A DNA stretch of 63,447 nt, filler included. It is 5 parts of 5 records of this genome, joined end to end, with 100 filler letters (N's around TTAATTAATTAA, not from the genome) between each part and the next. Parts side by side here need not be neighbours in the genome. Positions count along the whole stretch, not along the records: positions 1 to 22,651 come from DRR378314_2137; 4 more parts are not named here. One strand, written 5' to 3'. Of this stretch, positions 9,727 to 20,065 are shown in pieces (within the stretch, counting starts at the first letter, position 1; every line of letters begins with the position of its first letter). The notes beneath the pieces were generated by a model that saw only the letters and a list, made by a program, of their open reading frames with translations, made no database searches and was not told the DNA's origin. The translations under genes were made by a program, and so were the position numbers.

Positions 9727-11172
9727 TTATTGGTTATCTAACTTTATTATCATTCTTTTTGAATAAGAATCATTAGGATTTAATTTAACTGCTTTTTTAA
9801 AATTTAATAGCGCTAATTTTAATTGCTTATTTTTAAAATAAACTTCCCCTAAACTATTGTAGCAATTTGCTGATTCTGGATGTTCTTTTACATTTAATTT
9901 GAACACTTTTATCGCTTTGTTTATTTGTTGATGATCAATAAGAATATATCCTATTCGGTTAAGTTTTTTTTCAAAATCTGAAGGTGTTGCTTTACCAAGA
10001 TTATTTTTTTTCAATTGATCATAAGCACTAAGAGCTTGGTTGAAATCATTTTTTAAAAAATTATAAGTAATATTATTAAATAATTCTTCTTTTTCATTTT
10101 TAAAATCACTATCTACTAATCCAGCTATATGGCTAATAATTTCATTATTATTGGGATAATATTTAAATCCATTTGTTAATAAAATAATGGTAATATCTTT
10201 TTGTATAATTTTTCTAAAACTTGTATGTGCTCCACCAGAAAACCCATAAGAAATTATATTATTTAGGGAGTATTTGTGCCAACCATGTTGAAATTTACTA
10301 ATACTATCGCTGTATTTGAAAGGCTGCCACATTTTTTGTTTGGTATTATTATCTAATAGTTTGTTGTTATCTAGAAGTTTATTCCATTGTATTAAGTTAC
10401 TTAATGTAGAGTTTAACCCATTAGCAGGGAGAAATCTTTTTCCTCCTTTAAGGGTTAAATTAATATATTTATTTTGCTTATTATCATAGTCATATCGCTT
10501 TACACGATTTGGGATATCTACTACAAAATCAGACGAAAAAGCAAGACCACTTTTTATACCTTTGAATTGATTATTAAGAATATATTCTTCGAAAGATGAA
10601 CCTGTAATTTTTTCAATTATTTTAGCTAGAATCCAATAATTAGTTTGATTATATTCAAATTTTAATCCTATTTCAAAATGTGTATCCTTTTTTATTAAAA
10701 CCTCCCACATCTCATCATCAGATAATACAGAGTTGGCAAAAGAAAAATCTGGTAAACCAGAAGAATGTGTTAGTAGGTGCTTAATTTTAATTGATTTCCA
10801 ATTCTCTGGTAAATTCTTAATGTATTTAGAAATATTTTCTTCTAAAGAAATCTTTTTTTGTTCAATAAGTTGAAAAACACCAGTTGTTACAATTAATTTT
10901 GTGACAGAATATAAAGGATAAATAGTTTTTTTACTAACTGGAATAGAATTTTTTAAATCTGTATTTCCAAAATACCCCTCATAAATAACTTCTCCTTTTT
11001 TGATGACTGCTAATGCTAAACTAGGTATTTCTTGAAACTCTAATTGCATTTGCAAATAGGTGTTAATTTCATTCTTTTTGTTTAAAAAATTCTTTTGGTC
11101 TTTTTTAATATTGCTACAAGAATTAATGACTAGAACAAGTATTACAATTGCTAATGTTTTTAAAGATTTCAT
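9727..11172 (-). CDS. Serine hydrolase (beta-lactamase/AmpC family) lipoprotein with C-terminal TPR
   Basis: Lipobox-like VINSC; SxxK motif (YSVTK); LLTHSSGL; YxN motif (YNQTNY); C-terminal TPR (SANCYNSLGEVY...AVKLNP). Confidence 0.85.
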   Translation of the reverse strand: MKSLKTLAIVILVLVINSCSNIKKDQKNFLNKKNEINTYLQMQLEFQEIPSLALAVIKKGEVIYEGYFGNTDLKNSIPVSKKTIYPLYSVTKLIVTTGVFQLIEQKKISLEENISKYIKNLPENWKSIKIKHLLTHSSGLPDFSFANSVLSDDEMWEVLIKKDTHFEIGLKFEYNQTNYWILAKIIEKITGSSFEEYILNNQFKGIKSGLAFSSDFVVDIPNRVKRYDYDNKQNKYINLTLKGGKRFLPANGLNSTLSNLIQWNKLLDNNKLLDNNTKQKMWQPFKYSDSISKFQHGWHKYSLNNIISYGFSGGAHTSFRKIIQKDITIILLTNGFKYYPNNNEIISHIAGLVDSDFKNEKEELFNNITYNFLKNDFNQALSAYDQLKKNNLGKATPSDFEKKLNRIGYILIDHQQINKAIKVFKLNVKEHPESANCYNSLGEVYFKNKQLKLALLNFKKAVKLNPNDSYSKRMIIKLDNQ

Positions 11173-11376
11173 AAATTAATTTTCTATTATTTATTTGTTG
11201 TTAGCTATTTTTTTTTAGCAGTTTATTTTTTATAAATTATAAACTAAGAAACAATTTTCATGTTGATTAGCTGTTTTGTTCCTAATGGTATTATGAATTT
11301 GAGTATGTCTATCTTCTATTTTATTATTTTTTTTATTATGAAAAGAAAACATATACTTAGATAAGGATGTAATAAA

Positions 11377-12771
11377 CTATTTACCAATACAAAAATTCCC
11401 AAAGATATGTCCTAAAATATCTTTATCTACATCATACTCTCCAGTAATATTACCTAAATGACGTAAACATTCTCTAATATCGATAGAAAATAAATCTGTT
11501 GAGATTTCTAGGTCAATTCCATGTTGCACAGAATTAATTGCAGTTAAAGCGTTATTTAAAGCTTCAAAATGACGAGAATTTGTAACTATTGTTTCATTAT
11601 TACTTAATGCTCCAGTATTAACTAAAGATGTAAGTTCTGACTTTAAATTGTCTACACCAATTTTTTGCTTGGCAGAAAGTAAAATTAGGTTTTCAATTTC
11701 TGATTGTAAAATGGAAGAATCATGACAAGATAATGTGTCTATTTTATTAGCAATTACTAGTAGTCGTTTATTAGGAAAGCGCTGTTTTATTGTTTTAATT
11801 TCTTCTAAAAATTCATCTTTAGCATACGAGAATTTATTAGAATCAATTAAAAAAATAATTAATTGAGCATTTTCTGCTTTTTCATAGGCTTTTTTAATTC
11901 CGATATTTTCTACAATATCTTCTGTGTCTCTTATACCAGCTGTATCAATAAAACGAAATGCTACACCATCAATAATTATTTCATCTTCAATAGCATCTCT
12001 TGTTGTTCCTGCAATATCAGAAACAATAGCTTTCTCTTCGTTTAATAGCGTATTTAGTAAAGTAGACTTCCCTACATTTGGTTCTCCTATAATAGCAACT
12101 GGAATTCCGTTTTTCATTGCATTTCCAAAAGCAAAAGAATCTATTAACCGTTTTAAAACAAAAGTTATTTTAGTTACCAATTCTTTGAATTTTGTTCTGT
12201 CTGCAAACTCAACATCTTCGCCAGAAAAATCTAATTCTAATTCTATTAATGCTGCAAAATCTAATAACTGTACTCGCAATTCTTTTAATTCATTTGTTAT
12301 TCCTCCACGCATTTGCTGAATCGCCATTTGATGTGATGCTGCAGAATTAGAAGCAATTACATCAGCAACAGCTTCAGCCTGACTTAAGTCCATTTTTCCA
12401 TTTAAAAAAGCTCGCATAGTAAACTCACCATTATCTGCCATTCTACACCCATTTTGTAAGAATAACTGGATAATTTCTTGTTGAATAAATAAAGATCCAT
12501 GACAAGATATTTCTACTACATTTTCTCCTGTATACGATTTTGGATTTTTAAAAACTGATACCAAGACTTCATCTAAAATGATATCATTTTTAACAATATG
12601 TCCTAAATGAATGGTGTGAGTTTTCTGATTTATTAGCGATTTTTTTGGCATCACAGATTTAAAAAAAGCATTTACAATAGTAATAGCTTTCTCACCAGAA
12701 AGGCGAATTACAGAAATAGCACCAATACCAGAAGGTGTTGCCAATGCAATAATAGTATCGTTTTGAATCAT
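11377..12771 (-). CDS. mnmE: tRNA uridine-5-carboxymethylaminomethyl(34) synthesis GTPase MnmE
   Basis: DTIIALATPSG N-terminus, G1 GEPNVGKS, GTTRD, DTAG, NKID, terminal FCIGK. Confidence 0.98.
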   Translation of the reverse strand: MIQNDTIIALATPSGIGAISVIRLSGEKAITIVNAFFKSVMPKKSLINQKTHTIHLGHIVKNDIILDEVLVSVFKNPKSYTGENVVEISCHGSLFIQQEIIQLFLQNGCRMADNGEFTMRAFLNGKMDLSQAEAVADVIASNSAASHQMAIQQMRGGITNELKELRVQLLDFAALIELELDFSGEDVEFADRTKFKELVTKITFVLKRLIDSFAFGNAMKNGIPVAIIGEPNVGKSTLLNTLLNEEKAIVSDIAGTTRDAIEDEIIIDGVAFRFIDTAGIRDTEDIVENIGIKKAYEKAENAQLIIFLIDSNKFSYAKDEFLEEIKTIKQRFPNKRLLVIANKIDTLSCHDSSILQSEIENLILLSAKQKIGVDNLKSELTSLVNTGALSNNETIVTNSRHFEALNNALTAINSVQHGIDLEISTDLFSIDIRECLRHLGNITGEYDVDKDILGHIFGNFCIGK

Positions 12772-12775
12772 ACTG

Positions 12776-12783
12776 CAAATATA
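12776..12783 (-). promoter_or_regulatory. Bacteroidetes -7 promoter element (TAnnTTTG) for mnmE
   Basis: Minus strand reads TATATTTG, 4 nt upstream of the ATG. Confidence 0.6.
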
Positions 12784-12869
12784 CGGAGTTATATTAGTTT
12801 GAAAAACACATTATTTGTAACAAAAAACATTTTTTGTAGACATATATATGAACACTAAATTAAAAGATC

Positions 12870-13208
12870 ATGAAAGAAAACAAACAATTACTCGTATTAA
12901 CACATTTAAGTCAATTATTAGATTTTGTTTCTGGAATAGGTGGGTTTATTGTTCCGTTAATTTTATGGTTGGTTAAAAAAGATGATGTCTACGGAATGGA
13001 TGCCCATGGAAAAGCAATTTTGAATTTTAGAATTTCTATGTTTATCTATTTGTTAATCTGTATTCCTGCAGTATTAATATTCGGATTAGGAATTATAGGG
13101 TTTATTGTAATTGGAATTTTTTATGTTATTTTTCCAATAATAAACGCTGTTAAAGCTAGTAACAATGAAGCTCCAAGTTATCCTTTAAGTATGCAGTTTA
13201 TAAAATAA
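12870..13208 (+). CDS. DUF4870 family small membrane protein
   Basis: LTHLSQL...PLILWLVKKD...HGKAILNF...YP pattern, with three hydrophobic segments. Confidence 0.85.
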   Translation: MKENKQLLVLTHLSQLLDFVSGIGGFIVPLILWLVKKDDVYGMDAHGKAILNFRISMFIYLLICIPAVLIFGLGIIGFIVIGIFYVIFPIINAVKASNNEAPSYPLSMQFIK

Positions 13209-13227
13209 GAATTTAGATTAGAATTGT

Positions 13228-13257
13228 AAAATCGCTCTTTTTAAGGGCGATTTTTTT
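13228..13257. terminator. Bidirectional rho-independent terminator between convergent genes
   Basis: aaaatcgctctt-ttt-aagggcgatttt hairpin flanked by A and T tracts. Confidence 0.75.
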
Positions 13258-13693
13258 ATACAGCTTGTTTGATGTAGTCTTCATATTCATAAAAAAACAA
13301 TTCAAATTGAGTCATTTTCTCTACAAAGAATTCAAAACAATCTCTCCAAGAATCTTTATTATAGATGCTAAATTTATTAGGATATTTTACAAATAAGCGT
13401 CTAATAATTTTACCAGATTCTAACTCGTATGAATTATGAAATATAATTTCTGGTAAATAGTCATTTTCTAAAATAGATTTTAAAGATTGTAATTGTTCAA
13501 ATAACAATTCGTTATAGATTTCATCAGGATGCTCTATATCTAACACTACCATTGCTTGTTTGCGTTCAGCCACAAACTTAAAGGAGAAACCTTTGAGTTG
13601 TGTGTTGTATTTAATCCATTTTTTTGGAAATGATTTGCCAAATGCAATCCAAAAATCTTTACGTATTTGTGCAGCTTCTTCTTTGCTAAACAT
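13256..13693 (-). CDS. DUF4268 domain protein
   Basis: MFSKEEAAQIRKDFWIAFGK...KWIKYNT pattern typical of this Bacteroidetes family; abuts the miaE stop. Confidence 0.75.
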   Translation of the reverse strand: MFSKEEAAQIRKDFWIAFGKSFPKKWIKYNTQLKGFSFKFVAERKQAMVVLDIEHPDEIYNELLFEQLQSLKSILENDYLPEIIFHNSYELESGKIIRRLFVKYPNKFSIYNKDSWRDCFEFFVEKMTQFELFFYEYEDYIKQAV

Positions 13694-14274
13694 TATCCAT
13701 GAACTTTAGCTACTTTCCCACGATTCCGCATCATTTCTGCTTCAAAAGCTAGTAAAGAATTCCAAAGTTTATCAACAATGGTTCTATCTTCATATTCACG
13801 TGCAAAACCTAAGAAAGTGGTATAATGGTTTGCTTCAGAAATCATTAAATCTTTATAAAATTTAGATAATTCTTTATCTTCCATATTTTCAGAAAATACT
13901 TTAAATCGCTCACAACTTCTAGCTTCAATTAATGCTGCAATCAACAAACGCTGAATTAATGCTTCTTTTCTATCTCCAGTTTTTTTGAAGAACTTCATTA
14001 ATTGAATAGCATAATCGTTTTTTTGCTCACGCCCTAAAACCATACCGCGTTTTACCATAAAATCATGAACCATTTTAAAATGTTCCATTTCTTCAATGGC
14101 AATTTCACTCATTGCTTGAACCAACTTAGTTTCTTCAGAATAATTAATAATGATAGAAACGGCATTTGAAGCTGCTTTTTGTTCTAAAAAAGCATGGTCC
14201 GTTAATATTTGCTGTAAGTTGTCTTTTGCAATTTCTGCCCAAGATGTCTTAGTTTCGAATTGTAATCCTAACAT
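13693..14274 (-). CDS. miaE: tRNA-(ms2io6A)-hydroxylase MiaE (ferritin-like di-iron)
   Basis: DHAFLEQKAASNA, EEMEHF, LIEARSCERF, SEANHY. Start moved to ATG 14274 because the track start (TTG 14298) lies inside a TAATTTTG -7 promoter box at 14296-14303. Confidence 0.92.
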   Translation of the reverse strand: MLGLQFETKTSWAEIAKDNLQQILTDHAFLEQKAASNAVSIIINYSEETKLVQAMSEIAIEEMEHFKMVHDFMVKRGMVLGREQKNDYAIQLMKFFKKTGDRKEALIQRLLIAALIEARSCERFKVFSENMEDKELSKFYKDLMISEANHYTTFLGFAREYEDRTIVDKLWNSLLAFEAEMMRNRGKVAKVHG

Positions 14275-14374
14275 ATTAGCGTAAATTAATAGTTGCAAAA
14301 TTAAGGATTATTTAAAGGAGCAGTGTAGTAAGAATCGTAATTTTTTTTATCTTTCCATTTCAATTTTATGAATT

Positions 14375-16198
14375 ATGGTAGAATTAGCAGGAATAATTAT
14401 TTTAGGAATATTAGCACAATGGTTTGCATGGAAATTTAAAATTCCGGCAATTTTACCTTTAATATTAATTGGTCTATTTGTTGGACCAATTGCTGCAGAA
14501 TTTATAACTGATGATGGTTCTAAATGGATAGAACCTATTTGGAATGGTAAAAAAGGATTGTTTCCTGGAGATGGATTGTACTATTTTGTGTCTTTAGCTA
14601 TTAGTATTATTCTTTTTGAAGGCGGATTAACTTTAAAACGGGATGAAATTAAAAATGTTGGACCATCTATTACAAAGTTAATTACAGTTGGTTCTGCGGT
14701 AACTTTTTTTGGAGCAGGTATATTAACACATTATTTATTTCAATTAAGTTGGGAAATTTCATTTCTTTTTTCAGGATTAATAATTGTTACTGGCCCAACT
14801 GTAATTACACCAATTTTAAGAAATATTCCACTTAAAAAAGATGTTTCTGCTGTATTAAAATGGGAAGGAATTTTAATCGATCCAATAGGTGCTTTAGTAG
14901 CCGTTTTAGTATTTGAGTTTATTAGTGTTGGTGGTGATAGTGGTTTTACAAAAACTGCATTAACTGAGTTTGGGAAAATTTTGTTATTCGGAACTTCTTT
15001 TGGTTTTACTTTTGCACATGCTTTGGCTTTTATTATCAATAAAAAACTGGTACCTCATTATTTATTAAATGTAGTCTCATTATCTACCGTATTATTAGTA
15101 TTTGTTGAGTCAGAAATTTTTGCTCATGAATCTGGTTTATTAGCTGTTGTAGTAATGGGAATGGTTTTAGGAAATGGAAAATTAAAGAACCTAAAAGAAC
15201 TTTTATATTTTAAAGAGTCGTTAAGCGTATTGTTAATTTCAATTCTGTTTATTCTATTAGCTGCAAATATTAATATCGATGATTTAATGCTGTTATACAA
15301 TTGGAAAACTGCAGTTTTGTTCTTTTTAGTAGTTTTAGTAATTAGACCATTGGCCGTTTTTATAAGTACATATAAATCAAAACTAAAAATTAATGAAAAA
15401 TTATTTATTAGTTGGGTTGGTCCTCGAGGAATAGTTGCAGCTGGTATTGCTTCTTTATTTGGGAGTAAACTATTAAAACAAGGAGTAGAAGGGGCAGAAT
15501 ATATAACCCCATTGGTATTTATGATTGTACTTGGTACAGTTTTATTAAATGCAACAACAGCAAGGATTTTCGCAAAAATTGTGGGTGTATTTTTAAGCTC
15601 TTCTGAAGGAATATTGATAGTTGGTGCTTCTCCGGCATCTCGATTAATAGCAACCTACTTAAAACAAAACAATAGAAGGGTAGTGCTAATTGACAGTAAT
15701 CCTAATCATATTAAAAAAGCACAAGAATTAGACTTAGAAGCAATTGAAGCTAGCGTTTATGATGATGATTTATCAGAAAATATAGAGTTAAATGATATTG
15801 GCTATTTAATGTCTTTAACTGGAAGTTCTGTAATTAATGAATTTGCATTGTCTAAGTTTACAAAGAACTTTGGAGAACAAGGAGCTTTTCGTTTAATTTC
15901 ATCAGAAGAAATGAAAAATAAAGAAAATAATCCAACTATTGGGTTGTTCTCTCACACAGATGATTATATAAATTTAAGTGAAGTTGTAAGAGATTTTCCA
16001 AATATTAATGAAGTAGAAATAACTTCAAAAGAAGATTATATTGCAAAAATCAAAAAGTTAAATGCTACAATCACATCGATTCCTGTTTTTGTAAAAAGTA
16101 GTGATGAAAAGATTCATATCATTTCTTCATTCTCTGAAAATATGATGGTAGAAAAAGGGAATATATTAATGTATTTAGGAAAGGAGTTAACTTTTTAA
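14375..16198 (+). CDS. CPA1/NhaP-type cation:proton antiporter with C-terminal TrkA-N (RCK-like) domain
   Basis: ILFEGGL, VTGPTVI, WEGILIDP and GPRGIVAA motifs; C-terminal ILIVGAS Rossmann-like segment. Confidence 0.9.
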   Translation: MVELAGIIILGILAQWFAWKFKIPAILPLILIGLFVGPIAAEFITDDGSKWIEPIWNGKKGLFPGDGLYYFVSLAISIILFEGGLTLKRDEIKNVGPSITKLITVGSAVTFFGAGILTHYLFQLSWEISFLFSGLIIVTGPTVITPILRNIPLKKDVSAVLKWEGILIDPIGALVAVLVFEFISVGGDSGFTKTALTEFGKILLFGTSFGFTFAHALAFIINKKLVPHYLLNVVSLSTVLLVFVESEIFAHESGLLAVVVMGMVLGNGKLKNLKELLYFKESLSVLLISILFILLAANINIDDLMLLYNWKTAVLFFLVVLVIRPLAVFISTYKSKLKINEKLFISWVGPRGIVAAGIASLFGSKLLKQGVEGAEYITPLVFMIVLGTVLLNATTARIFAKIVGVFLSSSEGILIVGASPASRLIATYLKQNNRRVVLIDSNPNHIKKAQELDLEAIEASVYDDDLSENIELNDIGYLMSLTGSSVINEFALSKFTKNFGEQGAFRLISSEEMKNKENNPTIGLFSHTDDYINLSEVVRDFPNINEVEITSKEDYIAKIKKLNATITSIPVFVKSSDEKIHIISSFSENMMVEKGNILMYLGKELTF

Positions 16199-16963
16199 AG
16201 ACCAGCTTTTATCAAAAGAAATTCCTTTGTGTAAATCTGTTGTAAGTTGAGAAAGGCCAGCTCTTTTAATAATGTAAATTACTTTTTTAGGCCAGGTTTC
16301 TCTGAAGTTGTAAGTATTTGGTCTTCCTCCAATTTCATTTATAAAATCAATTGCAGTTTGTTCTTTTAACAAGATCTCTTTTCCGTGTTTTGCAACTAAA
16401 TCATCCATTTTTTTACGTGCAGTTCTATAAGCAACTAATCGACTTTTTCTTCCAATAAAAACAGTTACAAAATCTTTAATGTTAGCCAATTGAGCCTTAG
16501 CTTTTTCTCTAGGGTTGTTCTTGAAATAGCCTAATTGAAATTTTGTTCCAGCAATAGGTTTTGGTCTATAATCTTTTTTTAAACTTTCTGGTCTGTCTTC
16601 CCATTTCAATTCAGTTTTTGAATATTTAGTAATCTCAATTGAATCAAATAAAATTTTATTTGTTTTAATAAGTCTTGGTAATCGTAAAGCAGGTAATTCT
16701 GTGTCTCCTTTTCGCAGTCCTAAACTTAAAATATTTCCAGTAATCTGACCAATATATCCGCTATCCCAACCAGACTCTAAACCCGTTATTGCTAGTAATG
16801 CAGCAGGAGGGATGTTATTATTTAAACACAATTCTGTTGCTTGTTTGCTGATGTTTTTATAAAATAATTTAACATGTTGATACTTCCTTAAAGAAAGGTT
16901 TTCTTGCCCAGAAATTGGAAGAGTTATACAGGTAATAAATAAAATTATAAATCCTTTTTTCAT
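16187..16963 (-). CDS. Secreted GH73/glucosaminidase-like protein (divergent)
   Basis: Signal peptide; IPPAALLAITGLESGW...GNILSL resembles the GH73 IPxxxxLAQAxLESGWG...NLFG catalytic helix. Confidence 0.6.
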   Translation of the reverse strand: MKKGFIILFITCITLPISGQENLSLRKYQHVKLFYKNISKQATELCLNNNIPPAALLAITGLESGWDSGYIGQITGNILSLGLRKGDTELPALRLPRLIKTNKILFDSIEITKYSKTELKWEDRPESLKKDYRPKPIAGTKFQLGYFKNNPREKAKAQLANIKDFVTVFIGRKSRLVAYRTARKKMDDLVAKHGKEILLKEQTAIDFINEIGGRPNTYNFRETWPKKVIYIIKRAGLSQLTTDLHKGISFDKSWSLKS

Positions 16964-19155
16964 TATGAAATAATTTTTTGTAAACGGATACCAAAATCTG
17001 CCAATGCTTTAATTTCTTTCACACCAGCTAAACGTTCTTTTCCAAGAATTAATAACCCATGTTCAGAACTTTCTATGTGATAATATGGATTGCTTTCAAA
17101 GAAAAGAATTAATTCATCTGTAAATAAATCTAGAATCTTTTTTTGATTTTTACCAGACAAATAGAACCTTTTAGAAAAGTCTGAATGTCCTTTAATATCA
17201 ATATCTTTAAAACCAGTAAAATGATAAATATATTCAAATACTCCTTCTTTATCTAATGTAAATTCAGGAATAGTTTTATCTAGTTTAATATAGAACATAC
17301 TAGCTCTAATTACTTGTTTGGCAATCATTTCTCCTTCAGAAAATTCTATATCAAATAAAGAACATTTGTCATTAGAAATGATATTTGTTATTTTATTAAT
17401 CTGTCTAGTTTTAAAGTAACCAAAAGTATTTAATTCAGTGATATCTTCTTTTTGATAAGGAACATATTCCCAGTTTAGTTCAGTTCCAATTTTTTGCAAA
17501 GATTTTTGTCTTTTAGTTAAAGCACCTTTTTTCGGTTTTATAAAATTTGGAATGTTTTTACGTAAAGCGAATGGATGTTCACTTCTTGTACTATAATTAT
17601 CCAATCCAATAACTTCCAAATGACCGCCTTTTCTTTTAAAGGTTTCTGCATATCCATTCATGTTTTCCATAACAGAATGATCTACAAAATCACACATAGA
17701 GAAATCTATAATTACCTCTTCGTTTTCTGGAATTTGATTTAGTTTAGACTTTAGTTTAGTATAATTTAAAAAACTAGAAAAATTATCTACACTTACAAAA
17801 TATTTACCATCTTCTTTAAACATTAAAACGTTAGGTTTCAGTAGGTTTCTTAAAAACAACATAATATCTTTATTAATAATAACATGAATAAAGAAAGTTG
17901 AAACAATTCCTACTAAAATTCCAGTAATTAAGCTAGTTGTAATTGTTGTTATTAGAGTTATTAAGAAAATAAGTAATTGTTCTTTACCTATTTTAAATAC
18001 TTTTTTTATATTCTCTGGAGATGCTAATTTGTAACCAGTATATACTAAAATAGCAGCTAATGCAGCTAAAGGTATTTTTCTTAACTCTGTAGCAAATAAT
18101 AGAATGAACAAAACTAAAAATGCTGCATGAAAAAAGTTTGCTGATCTATTTGTACCTTTATTGTTTACATTTACAGAACTTCTTGCAATTACAGTTACTA
18201 CATTTAATCCTCCTAAAAAACCACTTATAACAGTTGCTAAACCTAATGCTCTAATGTCTTTATTGACGTTAGATCTCCTTTTTAAAGGATCTAATTTATC
18301 AACAGCTTTTATACTTAATAAACTTTCAATTGAAGCTATTAATGTAATTGCTATAACAGCGTTAATAAAATCCATTTCAAATATTTTTCCAAAATCTGGA
18401 AAAGCAAAATTTGATAAAACATCATTTGGTAAGATAATTAACAGGCTTTTTTCTATTGGATATAAGGCATTAGAAAAATATTGATAATAATAATACATCC
18501 CAACACTTAATACTACTATCCACATTGGAGCTGGAATTAGTTGAAAATAACGGTTTCTAATTTTACTGTAAAAAACCATTATTAAAAAACTAATAATTCC
18601 AACAGATCCAGCATAAAAAACACTTTGATTATCAGTTGTTAAATAATAATGAATCCCTTCAGGTACTTTGTAAATAAGTTCTACTATATTTCCTTTTGCA
18701 CTTAAATTTCCAAGCATTACATGAATTTGCTTAGCAAAAATACCAATCCCAATAGCGGCAAGCATACCTTGAATTGCAGATGCTGGGAAGAAATCACCCA
18801 AAGAGCCTAATCTTAAAAAGCCAAGTATAATCATAATTATACCAGATACAACTATAGCAGCTAATGTATATAAAAAACCTTGTTGCATATCTCCACTTCC
18901 TAATGTGGTTATAGCAGCAAGAATAACAACTACCAAACCATTTCCTGGTCCAGTAATTGTAACATTTGATCCACCTAATATTGAAGTAATAACACCACCA
19001 ACAATTGCAGCAATTATACCAGAAATAGGAGGTGCTCCAGAAGCTAAAGCTAATCCCAATCCTAGGGGTAATGCAATTAACGAAACTACAAAACCTGAAA
19101 AGATATTTTGAGGCATATCTTTTACAAACGATTTAATTGAACTTTCTTTTGCCAT
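16963..19155 (-). CDS. SulP/SLC26 anion transporter with STAS domain and C-terminal extension
   Basis: GFVVSLIALPLGLGLALASGAPP, ITGPGNGL, VIARSSVN; STAS motif VIIDFSMCDFVDHS. ATG 19155 follows the USP stop. Confidence 0.92.
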   Translation of the reverse strand: MAKESSIKSFVKDMPQNIFSGFVVSLIALPLGLGLALASGAPPISGIIAAIVGGVITSILGGSNVTITGPGNGLVVVILAAITTLGSGDMQQGFLYTLAAIVVSGIIMIILGFLRLGSLGDFFPASAIQGMLAAIGIGIFAKQIHVMLGNLSAKGNIVELIYKVPEGIHYYLTTDNQSVFYAGSVGIISFLIMVFYSKIRNRYFQLIPAPMWIVVLSVGMYYYYQYFSNALYPIEKSLLIILPNDVLSNFAFPDFGKIFEMDFINAVIAITLIASIESLLSIKAVDKLDPLKRRSNVNKDIRALGLATVISGFLGGLNVVTVIARSSVNVNNKGTNRSANFFHAAFLVLFILLFATELRKIPLAALAAILVYTGYKLASPENIKKVFKIGKEQLLIFLITLITTITTSLITGILVGIVSTFFIHVIINKDIMLFLRNLLKPNVLMFKEDGKYFVSVDNFSSFLNYTKLKSKLNQIPENEEVIIDFSMCDFVDHSVMENMNGYAETFKRKGGHLEVIGLDNYSTRSEHPFALRKNIPNFIKPKKGALTKRQKSLQKIGTELNWEYVPYQKEDITELNTFGYFKTRQINKITNIISNDKCSLFDIEFSEGEMIAKQVIRASMFYIKLDKTIPEFTLDKEGVFEYIYHFTGFKDIDIKGHSDFSKRFYLSGKNQKKILDLFTDELILFFESNPYYHIESSEHGLLILGKERLAGVKEIKALADFGIRLQKIIS

Positions 19156-19156
19156 A

Positions 19157-19990
19157 TTACTTAACAATTAATAAATCGGTTGGTAATTCTGATAAAATAT
19201 ATTCAATATCATGAGGAAATATTCTATCCATAAATGATGTTTTTAACGGGGCGTTCATTATTAGTAAATCGGCTCTTTTAACTTTTGCATAATGTCCTAT
19301 AGAATATCCTCTTCTTCCAAAAATACTTTGAATTTTAAGTGTTGTACTTTTACAATCAATTTCTTTCAGAATATTTTCTACACGTAAATCTTCTCTTTTT
19401 TTAATTCTTTCTTTTTCTATGTTAGCTTTGCGTAAAGTTGTGTCATCGCTAACTTTTATATCTAATTCTGCTTGACTTATTTCTTCTACTATAGTAATTC
19501 TTTTACAATCTAGATAATTTCCAATTTTAAAAGCTGTTTTAATAGTTTCTTTTGTTTTTTCATCCTTTAAACCATTTACTACGATGTGTTTACAGGGTAC
19601 TCTTTTTACAGATGGTTTTATTAGTAATAATACTGAGCATGGGGCTTTTCTAGTAAGTTCTCTGGCAATAGAACCTACATAATATTTATAAAGATTCTCT
19701 TTCTGAAGCGCACCTAAAATTAATAAATCTATCTGTTCTTTTCTGCATGTTTCTAGAATAATATTTACAGGTTTACCTTTTTGCCAAATTGTTTTTAATG
19801 GTAAATTAAGTTTTGGAGATTCTCTCAATAATCGTTGTAACTCTTTTTCTTTTTGGTCACTTTTATCACCAACATGAACTCCAATTAACTCAGCCCCAAA
19901 CATGTTTGAAATTCTGATAGCTTCAGAGAGGTTTGCTTTTAAATTTGGAGAAAAAGCAATACCAATTAAAATTTTTTTAAATACTTGCAA
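19157..19990 (-). CDS. Tandem-domain universal stress protein
   Basis: KKILIGIAFSP, DLLILGA...GSIARELTRKAPCSVLLLK; second USP domain ending LPTDLLIVK. Confidence 0.9.
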   Translation of the reverse strand: MQVFKKILIGIAFSPNLKANLSEAIRISNMFGAELIGVHVGDKSDQKEKELQRLLRESPKLNLPLKTIWQKGKPVNIILETCRKEQIDLLILGALQKENLYKYYVGSIARELTRKAPCSVLLLIKPSVKRVPCKHIVVNGLKDEKTKETIKTAFKIGNYLDCKRITIVEEISQAELDIKVSDDTTLRKANIEKERIKKREDLRVENILKEIDCKSTTLKIQSIFGRRGYSIGHYAKVKRADLLIMNAPLKTSFMDRIFPHDIEYILSELPTDLLIVK

Positions 19991-20065
19991 ATGCCTTGTT
20001 TTTTTAAGAAGTTTAAAGATAAAAAATTAGTCGAATAACAAAAGCTTTTCTAAGCTTTATTAATC

